The notes under the pieces were generated by a model that was given only the letters and a program-made list of their open reading frames with translations, searched no databases and was not told where the DNA came from. A DNA stretch of 64,000 nt, from positions 800,001-864,000 of the forward strand of contig CAVXLD010000001.1 of the NCBI GenBank assembly GCA_963762565.1, given 5' to 3'. Position 1 is the stretch's first letter. Every line of letters starts with the position of its first letter. Origin of the DNA: an uncultured Verrucomicrobiae bacterium (GTDB lineage: Bacteria > Verrucomicrobiota > Verrucomicrobiia > Chthoniobacterales > JAFAMB01). Position numbers and translations under genes: made by a program. This document shows, piece after piece, positions 20,577 to 28,921 of the stretch.

Positions 20577-22337
20577 ATGAAGATAAGCACAACGCTGGCT
20601 CTCTTGGTTATCGCCATCGGATTAGCTGTTTTCGTTTGGATCCTCGATCGTCGGAACCCGGGAAACCGAGAAGCACTAGCTAACAAAGCCTACTTAGTCG
20701 ACCTCGATCGAAACGACGTCACCGAACTGGAAATTGAAAACGGGGATACGAAGACTCGGTTAGTAAAAGCAAACGATGGTTGGCGCCTAACAGCGCCGGT
20801 TGCCGATCGGGCGGATGCAAAGGTAATCGACACCCTCCTCTATTCCACCCAATTCTTGAAAAGGGATGATACCCTCGGCAACCTCGGAAAAGGGGAGCAG
20901 AAGCGGACCTATCTAAAACAGTTCGGGGTCCTGCGCTCGCACCTGATTTTACGTTGCATCGGTAAGCAGACACACGTTGAGCTCGAGTTCGGGGGAGAGA
21001 CAGCGGTAGAGGGCTCGTGTTACGTGCGCATTGACTCAAAAGACCCCGTTTTTGTTACGGAAGATGACTTGAAAAACCTGATCTCCAAGCCTCCTGATTT
21101 TTTTCGAGACCACCGGTTGAATCCCTTTCTCGACCCTGAAATCGATCGGATTGTTTTAACCCAGGCTGCGGGGGAGATCGAGCTAACCCGGCAACAGGAC
21201 CAGTGGCAAATCGAGCGACCAATAAAGGCTCGAGCTAGTCAGGTAGCGGTTAGTCGTATGCTCAAGAAAATTAGCGACACACCGGTGCTTCAGTTCCAAA
21301 ACGAAGAAAGCGGCGGAGAAATTGAAACTGAGAATGCTCCAGGCGCGATTACCCTCTTTTCAGGACAATCAAAAGTTAAGATTGCCTGTGGCGCTCCCGT
21401 TTCGAACCAGCCTGGTCACATCTATGTCCGGGTATCAGACCGGCCTTCCACTTTCATCGTGGACGATAGCTTGGCCCAAACCCTGGAACAAAAACCGGAC
21501 GATCTGCGCGATCGTAAAATAGTGCGGCTTAACCCGGATCTAATTGACCGAATTACGATCACTACCAAGGGCCAAACCACTGCTCAATTGGGCCGGCAAG
21601 AGGGGCGCTGGGTGATTACAGACCAAAACAACGCGCCGGCAGATGCCGATGCGGTGGACAGCCTGCTCAACACGCTCAACTCCAACGATGTTAGTCGTTT
21701 CGTATCCGACAGCGCCAGTGACCTCACTAGTTATGGACTGGACACACCCGCGCTGGTATTCGCCTTTAGTTCTTATTCTTCAGAGAACACCGCCGAAGAA
21801 AACGCGGGAGAGACGCGGCTTGCCACGCTAGCTATTGGTCGCCAGGAAGATGAGAATTACTACGCTCGAGTCGAAGAGGAACCCTATATTGTCGCGTTGC
21901 CTAAACGAGTCGTTGATCAACTCCCGACCAATGACTTTAGCTTTAGGTCTCATGAGATCCTCAATATCCCCCGAACTGACCTAGTATCCGTTGACGTCAC
22001 TAAAAACGGGTCAACGGTTACACTAACGCGCAACCCGAAAGGACAATGGATCGTCCAAGGGCAAAACGGTTCTCAGAACGATCTAGCCATCCAGACCTTT
22101 CTGAATACCCTGAGCGGTCTGCAGACTTCGGCATGGGTGTCGGAAAAAAGCCTGCCTGGCGAACCGCCGGTAGAAGCGATCGTTATTCATAGGAAGAGCG
22201 ATCAAAAGGAGATCGTTCTCCACATCGGCGAAAAAGCCGCCCAAGGCGATGAATACGCCACCGTCTCGACACTGCCCGGCACGTTCTTAATCCACGCGTT
22301 AGACTTCCAAAACCTGCAGGATTCGTTGGTGCACTAG
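20577..22337 (+). CDS. DUF4340-type repeat protein
   Basis: N-terminal anchor; three repeats with W.(L/I)..P...RA and (F/L)RD motifs; usual position after GldG. Confidence 0.75.
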   Translation: MKISTTLALLVIAIGLAVFVWILDRRNPGNREALANKAYLVDLDRNDVTELEIENGDTKTRLVKANDGWRLTAPVADRADAKVIDTLLYSTQFLKRDDTLGNLGKGEQKRTYLKQFGVLRSHLILRCIGKQTHVELEFGGETAVEGSCYVRIDSKDPVFVTEDDLKNLISKPPDFFRDHRLNPFLDPEIDRIVLTQAAGEIELTRQQDQWQIERPIKARASQVAVSRMLKKISDTPVLQFQNEESGGEIETENAPGAITLFSGQSKVKIACGAPVSNQPGHIYVRVSDRPSTFIVDDSLAQTLEQKPDDLRDRKIVRLNPDLIDRITITTKGQTTAQLGRQEGRWVITDQNNAPADADAVDSLLNTLNSNDVSRFVSDSASDLTSYGLDTPALVFAFSSYSSENTAEENAGETRLATLAIGRQEDENYYARVEEEPYIVALPKRVVDQLPTNDFSFRSHEILNIPRTDLVSVDVTKNGSTVTLTRNPKGQWIVQGQNGSQNDLAIQTFLNTLSGLQTSAWVSEKSLPGEPPVEAIVIHRKSDQKEIVLHIGEKAAQGDEYATVSTLPGTFLIHALDFQNLQDSLVH

Positions 22338-22417
22338 GTGCAAGACTGGTGGGGCATGCCCATCGCCGGGAGGGATCGTCCGGCAGCCGCCCATGCGCGT
22401 CAAGATAAGGAGTCGAC

Positions 22418-23677
22418 TCATAAAGCTGCGAGTCTTTGAAAGAGGTTGGTTCGATCGGAACGGGAGTCGTAACGGCAAAAGTAAAAGAAATGTTGAAGCC
22501 AGTCTTGGTGAGGGGAAGCGGCGATTAAGGGAAGCAAACGACTCAAATAGGCAGCGATTTTGAGTGGACTGAGAGCGTTTAGTTCAACGCCCCAAGGCTG
22601 AAGGGCAAAAGCGGTCTGCAGCAAGGCAATGGCTAGTAGTTTTGCTAAGAGTTGAATCTGGACCCAGAGTGGATTGCGAGCAGGAAGCTGACCGAGCTGA
22701 AAATGAGATTTCCAACTTTTGAAAAGCACTTCGATTTGCCACCGAGTGCTATAGACTTCCCAGAGTTGCTGAGCACTGAGTTGTTCAGGGGTGACGTTGG
22801 TTAATAGGATGGTCCAACCTAAAAGTTTGAGATAACGTTTGGTGAGCTTTAGCGAGCGATCTTTTTTGGCGTTGGCCCGAGCGCGCCGCCGACGCTGAGC
22901 GGCTAAGGCTGGGGGCAAGCGCAAAGCCACTAAACGCACCGGGAGTCGCTCTTCGGCGCCTAACAGCAGCTCGACACTGAGTTGACAATGGTTTTGGACT
23001 AAAGCCAAAAGCTCGACCGGCTTTTGAGTTTTGGGATCAAAGAAAACAAAATCGCTGCGGCAGCGACTCAAGAAATAGGCTCCGGCCTGGATGATCTGGC
23101 GCCAAACTTTAAAGACGGCGTAGCCCAAGTCGCGAATGACCAAGTCTCCGGGTTGGAGCAAACTTAAAATCAAGCTCGAGGCCTTCTGATCGTTGTCGGT
23201 CAGGGCACCGAGTTGGAAATGAAGCCAGCGTTGAGAACGCAGTTCAAAGACGGCTTGGATTTTGACGCTGGCAAGCTTTGCTTGGTGTTGATTACCACAA
23301 GCCGGAAAACAACTTGCCAGTCTGGGATGGAGGGCTAAAGCGGTGCTGTCCTGGAGCAAAACTCGGCCGAAAGGTTCCAACAGCCGACTGGGGCAAGAGC
23401 GGTGCATAAAATTGGCTAACAAGCTGGCCAAACAAAGTTGCAGAAAACCTAGCAGCCTTCTGTCGCAGCGCTGATGCAGAGCTTGTTTAGAGAACAGTCC
23501 GGCTTGCAAGGCACTTAATTGGGCCGCCCAGCTTTGGAAAGAATAGGCTGGGTAGCACAGACTCAAGAGGATGGATTGAAGGAATGCTTCCAGAGAGAGT
23601 TTTTTAGGGCGACGTAAGACAAAACCAGAGCTTCTAGCCAAGGTTTGCAGAGGCAAATAGGAAAAGCGTTGCAGCAT
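22418..23677 (-). CDS. IS4-family DDE transposase
   Basis: QDST, RDLGY, Y..RWQIE..FKSWKS (YREK motif). Confidence 0.93.
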   Translation of the reverse strand: MLQRFSYLPLQTLARSSGFVLRRPKKLSLEAFLQSILLSLCYPAYSFQSWAAQLSALQAGLFSKQALHQRCDRRLLGFLQLCLASLLANFMHRSCPSRLLEPFGRVLLQDSTALALHPRLASCFPACGNQHQAKLASVKIQAVFELRSQRWLHFQLGALTDNDQKASSLILSLLQPGDLVIRDLGYAVFKVWRQIIQAGAYFLSRCRSDFVFFDPKTQKPVELLALVQNHCQLSVELLLGAEERLPVRLVALRLPPALAAQRRRRARANAKKDRSLKLTKRYLKLLGWTILLTNVTPEQLSAQQLWEVYSTRWQIEVLFKSWKSHFQLGQLPARNPLWVQIQLLAKLLAIALLQTAFALQPWGVELNALSPLKIAAYLSRLLPLIAASPHQDWLQHFFYFCRYDSRSDRTNLFQRLAAL

Positions 23678-23765
23678 ATGATATATAGTATAAAAACTAT
23701 ATATTTGCACCGCTTTTTTTCGCTCTCTTTCTTGCTCTTTAGAGCGTTAGACTTCTTTCCTAACC

Positions 23766-23957
23766 ATGGGCTATCCGGTCAAACTCCAAAAAGTCGATCG
23801 TCCCACCAATCGCAGCTTCTATGTCAATTTGCCTGCCGCTCTGGCCGACGCTATTGAACTGGACAAAGGAGAAGAATTAGAGTGGTTCGTCGAAGACAAA
23901 AACACCCTCATCCTGCGTCGAAAGAAACCGACTAAGCCCCTCAAACTCAAGCACTAA
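23766..23957 (+). CDS. AbrB/MazE/SpoVT-like DNA-binding protein carried inside the IS
   Basis: SFYVNLPAALADAIELDKGEELEW swapped-hairpin pattern; stop codon abuts the right TIR. Confidence 0.75.
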   Translation: MGYPVKLQKVDRPTNRSFYVNLPAALADAIELDKGEELEWFVEDKNTLILRRKKPTKPLKLKH

Positions 23958-24212
23958 CTCCTTATCTTGACGCCTATGGGCAGCCGCCAGGCAGCCGCCG
24001 GATCCGACATAGCCTTCCCTCGCGCGTCTTTGCTTCTCGGCGCTGGCGACGTCGGATCCTCGCGATCCTTTGTAACCGAAGCCGCGAACGTGCTGAGTCG
24101 GGAGACGAAAATACAGCCTTCGGTCGTGGCACGCCCTCGCGGCGCGCGGGGACGCGCGCCCTCCCCGATTTGCACCCGGCGACCGCGCGGTTGCGGCCCT
24201 CGCCCTACCAAA

Positions 24213-24905
24213 CTACCTTCGTTCCGCCAAATAAGCCGTCACAATCCCACCGGATAGCGGCCGTGCGATTGCATCCACGAATCCAGCTTGCTCAATCAGC
24301 GCTGTCATCGCGGCTCCCCGAGGGAAACTTTCGATGCTCTCCCCAAGATACTGATAAGCGGCGGGCTCACCCGTTAGCCAACCCGCAAGCCGGGGAAGAA
24401 TGAAGTGCAGATAGAATCGATAGGCCGGTAGCAGAGGTCCTGACGGCAATGAGAAGTCTAGTATGACGATGTGCCCACCTGAACGTGTGGTTCGAGCCAT
24501 TTCAGAAAGGGCGCGTTCCAGGAGAGCCATGTTCCTCAATCCAAACGCAACCGTAATCACGTCGAACGAAGCATCCGCGAAGGGGAGAGCCAATCCATCA
24601 GCTGCGACTAAGTGCTCAACGTTTCGCTTCTGCGCCACTTTGAGCATAGGGATGCAGAAGTCAGCCGCCACCACCAAAGAGCCGTCATTCGTTGTCGCCA
24701 ACTCCTCGGCCAGAACTCCGCTACCCGTCGCTAAGTCGAGGATCCGGGCCGGCTTCCATGCGGCCACCCGCTGACAGACGAATTTCCGCCAACTTCGATC
24801 CAGACCGAAACTGAGGACCTGATTGGCCAAATCGTACCGTGGCGCCACACCGGCAAACATCTCTCGAATCGAACTCGAGTTGGTCGCGGAAAAAGACGAT
24901 GGCAT
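24213..24905 (-). CDS. ubiE: Demethylmenaquinone/ubiquinone methyltransferase (MenG/UbiE)
   Basis: MFAGVAPRYDLANQVLSFG, LDLATGSG, AFGLRN, YQYLGESI. Confidence 0.9.
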   Translation of the reverse strand: MPSSFSATNSSSIREMFAGVAPRYDLANQVLSFGLDRSWRKFVCQRVAAWKPARILDLATGSGVLAEELATTNDGSLVVAADFCIPMLKVAQKRNVEHLVAADGLALPFADASFDVITVAFGLRNMALLERALSEMARTTRSGGHIVILDFSLPSGPLLPAYRFYLHFILPRLAGWLTGEPAAYQYLGESIESFPRGAAMTALIEQAGFVDAIARPLSGGIVTAYLAERR

Positions 24906-24915
24906 TCTGGATTTA

Positions 24916-24997
24916 TGCTCACGAGAGGACTCGAACCTCCACGGGTTTCCCCATACGGTCCTGAGCCGTACGCGTCTGCCAATTCCGCCACGTGAGC
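24916..24997 (-). tRNA. tRNA-Leu (anticodon CAG), CCA not encoded
   Basis: GCTCACG/CGTGAGC acceptor stem, D-arm GGCGGAATTGGCAGACGC, TACGG-CTCAGGA-CCGTA anticodon arm, long variable arm, GGTTCGAGTCC T-arm. Confidence 0.96.
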
Positions 24998-25040
24998 GAG
25001 GATGCGAAAACTAGCTAACAAATTACGGATAGCAAGGACT

Positions 25041-25292
25041 TGGTAGGGCGAGGCTCCGGATTAGCCGAAACGGCGAATGGGCGCACTGGCGAAAGGGCGA
25101 AGAAGTGAGCGATAGGAAGAAAAGGAGCGTTTTCTCGGTTCCAGACCGATTGTCAAAACACCCGTCCGCCAACAATCAGGACGAAAGTGAAAATCTTAGT
25201 AGATAGCAGGCCATCTTCCTCATGCCGAATCCTTCGCCCTTTCGCCGGCGCGCCCATTCGCCGCCTCGCTGATCCGGAGCCTCGCCCTACCA
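25041..25292. repeat. REPIN-like element (inverted GTAG-type REP pair)
   Basis: TGGTAGGGCGAGGCTCCGGA ... TCCGGAGCCTCGCCCTACCA, perfect 20-bp IR. Confidence 0.85.
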
Positions 25293-25295
25293 GGC

Positions 25296-26390
25296 TCAAC
25301 TCAGCCTCATCGGCATCAGCACATAGAGGAAAGCGCCATGGATCTTGATCACCCCGGGACTCATCTCATCGATAAGATCCAAAAACACCTCGTCATTCGG
25401 AAGGTTCCGAAGCGGCGCCATCAGAAATTCGGGATTGAACGCGATCGAGAAATCTTTGCCCTTGTACATAACCGTTAACGACTCTTTCGCCTCGCCGACG
25501 TCAGGAGTGACCGCCACTATATCCATATTCCCTTTGCTGAATATGAGTTTCACCGAGTTCGACTTTTCACTGGCCAGCAACGCAACCCGCCGGACCGCAT
25601 TCAAAAACACCTCTCTCTCCAGCGTGATTCTTTCTTTCGCTTCCGCTGGGATTACTTGCCGATAATTCGGATAGTTGCCTTCTATCAGCTTTGAAACCAG
25701 GAGCGCATCGTTTAGCTCAAAAGCGATCTGGTTCTCGCCGATGCTCACCTTTACATCACCTTCCTCTTTGACCAGCCGCTGCAACTCCAAGACGGCCTTA
25801 GTGGGAACAATGACATCGATTTCCTGGCTCCGAGGAAACTCCAACTCGAGATCGACTAGCGCCAGTCTCCGGCCATCGGTTGCCACCGCGGTGAGTTTAT
25901 TTTCCTTGAACGAAAAGAGGATGCCATTCAGAACGTAGCGCGTTTCGTCGGTGGAAATGGAATAAGAAGTCTTACGAAGCGCATCTTTCAGATCTTTCTG
26001 CGCGATCGAAAATTCCTTTGCATTTTCGAACCTAGCCAGTGGAGGAAATTCCTCTTCTGGTAATCCCAGGATCTTGAAATAGCTCGAGCCGCTCCGGATG
26101 GAGGCGAGATTCTTTGTATCTACCTCGGCGTAGATCTCTGCCGCTGGTAGCTCCCGAACGATCGAGAATAGGCGGCGCGCCGGTAAAGTAGTCGCTCCGG
26201 TTCGTTCCACATTGGCCTCCACCCGTCCTCGGACTCCCACATCCAGATCGGTGGTTGTTAATCTTAACTCACCCTCGACAGCTTGGAGCAGCACATTGGA
26301 CAAGATTGGTAGAGTCGTCCGGGTACTGACCACATTCTGAACGGTAGAGAGACCCTCGAGTAGCTTGTCCTTGCTGACGCTAAATTTCAT
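25296..26390 (-). CDS. dnaN: DNA polymerase III beta clamp
   Basis: TLPILSNVLL, ETRYVLNG, ATDGRRL, YVLMPMRL. Confidence 0.98.
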   Translation of the reverse strand: MKFSVSKDKLLEGLSTVQNVVSTRTTLPILSNVLLQAVEGELRLTTTDLDVGVRGRVEANVERTGATTLPARRLFSIVRELPAAEIYAEVDTKNLASIRSGSSYFKILGLPEEEFPPLARFENAKEFSIAQKDLKDALRKTSYSISTDETRYVLNGILFSFKENKLTAVATDGRRLALVDLELEFPRSQEIDVIVPTKAVLELQRLVKEEGDVKVSIGENQIAFELNDALLVSKLIEGNYPNYRQVIPAEAKERITLEREVFLNAVRRVALLASEKSNSVKLIFSKGNMDIVAVTPDVGEAKESLTVMYKGKDFSIAFNPEFLMAPLRNLPNDEVFLDLIDEMSPGVIKIHGAFLYVLMPMRLS

Positions 26391-26682
26391 GGTTGAGCTT
26401 AATCAAATCACGCGCGAACTGGCTCCGCAAGTTGTTGGCAATAAGCGTGAGGGACGCAAAGGACCAAGAATGTAAATGCAGAAACCTCCTCGCTGATTAA
26501 AGAAAATCTCTCACAAGGTCAATCTTTCACAAACAAGAAAGGCTTTTGAATACCTATATTGGCGGTGTCGCCGGAGGCGCCGCGATAGCCGCGAAGCGGC
26601 GCTTTCGGCGCTGGTCGCTCTCTACCTGCTTTCGTAGGGCTTCCACCATAGGTGTCTGTCGGACTTGCCGCGAAGCGGGTTA

Positions 26683-26991
26683 AGAACATAGCCCAGGCTT
26701 CAGCCCTGGGTAAGTTACGCAGCGAAACCGCCCTGAAAGTGGCGGCTGAGATGGTGGCGCGTACGAGAATTGTGTGTTTGAGCCAGGCGATCGCACTAAG
26801 AAGTCGAGATAACACACCAAAGCCTGACCAGCCACGTTCGGGCACCACTTTCAGGGCGCGTCTCACCGCACGACAACCCAGGGTTAAAACCCCGACTCCG
26901 CAAGGCCTACGTCGCGGCCAGTTATTTGACTATGCCAACCTCTAGACGAGGGCGCGCCAAAGCGTAGCGACGGCGGCCTGGGCTATTCTGT
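26683..26991. repeat. MITE-like element of the CCCAGGGCT.AAGCCCTGGG / CGCCCTGAAAGTGG family
   Basis: Same arm architecture as 54716-55059; right arm interrupted by an insert at 26893-26976. Confidence 0.75.
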
Positions 26992-27130
26992 ATAGCCGCT
27001 CCGCGGCAAAATCCGACAGACACCGAGGCTATCTTCAACCGCCGCTTCGCGGCTGAACCCCGTTGCTCAGCCGCCCATTCGCCTATTCGCCCATTCGCCG
27101 GCGCGCCCATTCGCTCGATCGCCCCTCCCC

Positions 27131-28504
27131 CTACCTCTCCAGCTGGCTGGTTAACAGAAAAACCAACTGCCGGATTTGGTCCTCCCGGCCCATTCTCTCC
27201 TGCACGGTCTTACAGGCATGCAGAACCGTCCCGTGGTCACGTCCGCCAAAGGCATCGCCGATTTCGTTCAGCGAAGACTTGGTATGCTTGCGGGCAAGGT
27301 ACATCGCGACTTGCCGCGGGAAGGCAATGTTTGCCGGACGCCGCTTACTGGTCATATCGGCAAGTCGAACGTCGAAATGCTCCGCCACCTTTCGCTGGAT
27401 TTGATCGATGGTGATCATCTTCCTGGCTTCTTCCTGCAGGATGTCTTTGAGAAGCTGCTCCACGACTTCTTTCGTCACCGCACGCCCGCTCAAGGACGCG
27501 AACGACGCCACCCGCATAAGAGCTCCTTCCAGGCGACGAACATTAGTTCGCACTCTTTGAGCCAGAAACTCGAACACATCGGGTGCAAGTTGGACTTGAA
27601 GCGACTGCGCCTTCTTCCGCAAGATCGCTAACCGGGTCTCGATATCCGGGGGCTGGAGCTCTGCCGTTAACCCCCACTCAAACCGTGACACTAAACGCTG
27701 TTCCAGATTAGCGATTTCGCTGGCAGGCCGATCACTGGAAAGAACAATCTGCTTTCTGCCGTCGAACAAGGTATTGAACGTATGGAAAAACTCTTCTTGG
27801 GATCGTTCCTTGCCCGCTAAAAAATGGATATCGTCGATCAGCAGAACATCCGCTTGCCGATATCTTTTTCGGAATTTGACCAACGTATTGTGCTGAATCG
27901 CGTCGATGAACTCGTTGGTAAATTTCTCGCTAGACAGATACATCACCTTGAAGCCCTTCTTCCGATCTGCCACCTGCTGACCAATCGCCTGCATCAGGTG
28001 CGTTTTCCCAAGTCCGACACCCCCATATATAAATAAGGGATTGTACGTTTTGGAGGGGGATTGAGCCACCGCCAAAGACGCAGCATGCGCAAACTGGTTG
28101 TTCGACCCAACCACAAACGTATCAAACGTGTTGCGGGGGTTCATCCCAAGAACTGTGGCTGCTTCAGGATCTTTATCGGCCGTCTTGGCACCCTTGGTCT
28201 CGGGTTCGGCCCGTTGTTCCGGTTCCGCCAAAACAGGGCCGACCGCAGGTTCAGCTACGCAAAACTTGATTTCGCGTTCCCCACCAAGCACCTGCATAGT
28301 CGCAGCCTGCAGTAGCTGCAGATAATTACTTTCGATCCAAAGCTGATAGATGGTGTTCGGCACCTGGAATATCAGCTGTTTTTCGTCGGCGTGCGCCAGC
28401 TCGATAGCCGCAAACCATCGCTGAAATGCGTCCGAGCTAACATGAGGGCGAATACCCGCGGCGACTTCTTCCCAGGTCTGTCGAAAGCTTTGTTCTATCG
28501 GCAT
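27131..28504 (-). CDS. dnaA: Chromosomal replication initiator DnaA
   Basis: YNPLFIYGGVGLGKTHL, LLIDDI, RLVSRFEWGL, GGRDHGTVLHA; start at ATG 28504 or GTG 28513. Confidence 0.98.
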   Translation of the reverse strand: MPIEQSFRQTWEEVAAGIRPHVSSDAFQRWFAAIELAHADEKQLIFQVPNTIYQLWIESNYLQLLQAATMQVLGGEREIKFCVAEPAVGPVLAEPEQRAEPETKGAKTADKDPEAATVLGMNPRNTFDTFVVGSNNQFAHAASLAVAQSPSKTYNPLFIYGGVGLGKTHLMQAIGQQVADRKKGFKVMYLSSEKFTNEFIDAIQHNTLVKFRKRYRQADVLLIDDIHFLAGKERSQEEFFHTFNTLFDGRKQIVLSSDRPASEIANLEQRLVSRFEWGLTAELQPPDIETRLAILRKKAQSLQVQLAPDVFEFLAQRVRTNVRRLEGALMRVASFASLSGRAVTKEVVEQLLKDILQEEARKMITIDQIQRKVAEHFDVRLADMTSKRRPANIAFPRQVAMYLARKHTKSSLNEIGDAFGGRDHGTVLHACKTVQERMGREDQIRQLVFLLTSQLER

Positions 28505-28758
28505 TTTATGCACATTTACATCGCCCACACCCATCCTCCCGTTGATGACATTTCCCTCAATGGAATGCCCAGAAAATCTTACGTTTAAAGAAGTGGAATG
28601 ATTCAGCACTTGAGATTGAGACCCGCTAACTCCCTGTGGTCTAGAGGGTTACCGTTATCGACGCCCGGTGGCTGATCCTGCGCGCCGGTTTTCGTCACCG
28701 TTACATCCAACCCGTTGTGTCCCTCCTTCCCCCTCGGATTGACCATTGCTCAACATTC

Positions 28759-28778
28759 TTATTCACAAGTTATTCACT
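28759..28778. promoter_or_regulatory. Tandem DnaA-box-like sites upstream of dnaA
   Basis: TTATTCACA (28759-28767) fits TTWTNCACA; TTATTCACT (28770-28778) has one mismatch. Confidence 0.5.
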
Positions 28779-28921
28779 ACTGCCTCTCCGCCCTCTACCC
28801 CGTCGAGCAAGGGATAGACTACTTACCCCCGGAATCAGCGGCAAGAAAAAATTCGGTCCTACCATGCAATATATTTTATCCCGCCCTCAACTACCGCTTG
28901 ACGACCCAAATTCCCCTCTTT

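Larger units (their letters stand above)
22392..23978. mobile_element. Complete IS4-family insertion sequence (1587 bp)
   Basis: 22-bp TIRs CATGCGCGTCAAGATAAGGAGT / CATAGGCGTCAAGATAAGGAGT (20/22); 10-bp direct repeat GGCAGCCGCC at 22382-22391 and 23979-23988. Confidence 0.93.

Noticed and set aside
23766..23957. AbrB-like ORF as the antitoxin of a TA pair
   Set aside because: No toxin ORF follows; the IS terminal repeat begins at its stop codon
24916..24997. tRNA-Leu as an attachment site for an integrated island
   Set aside because: No integrase and no duplicated tRNA 3' end were seen; flanking genes are housekeeping
26519..27110. ORFs between dnaA and dnaN
   Set aside because: They coincide with MITE-like palindromic repeats; composition is not protein-like
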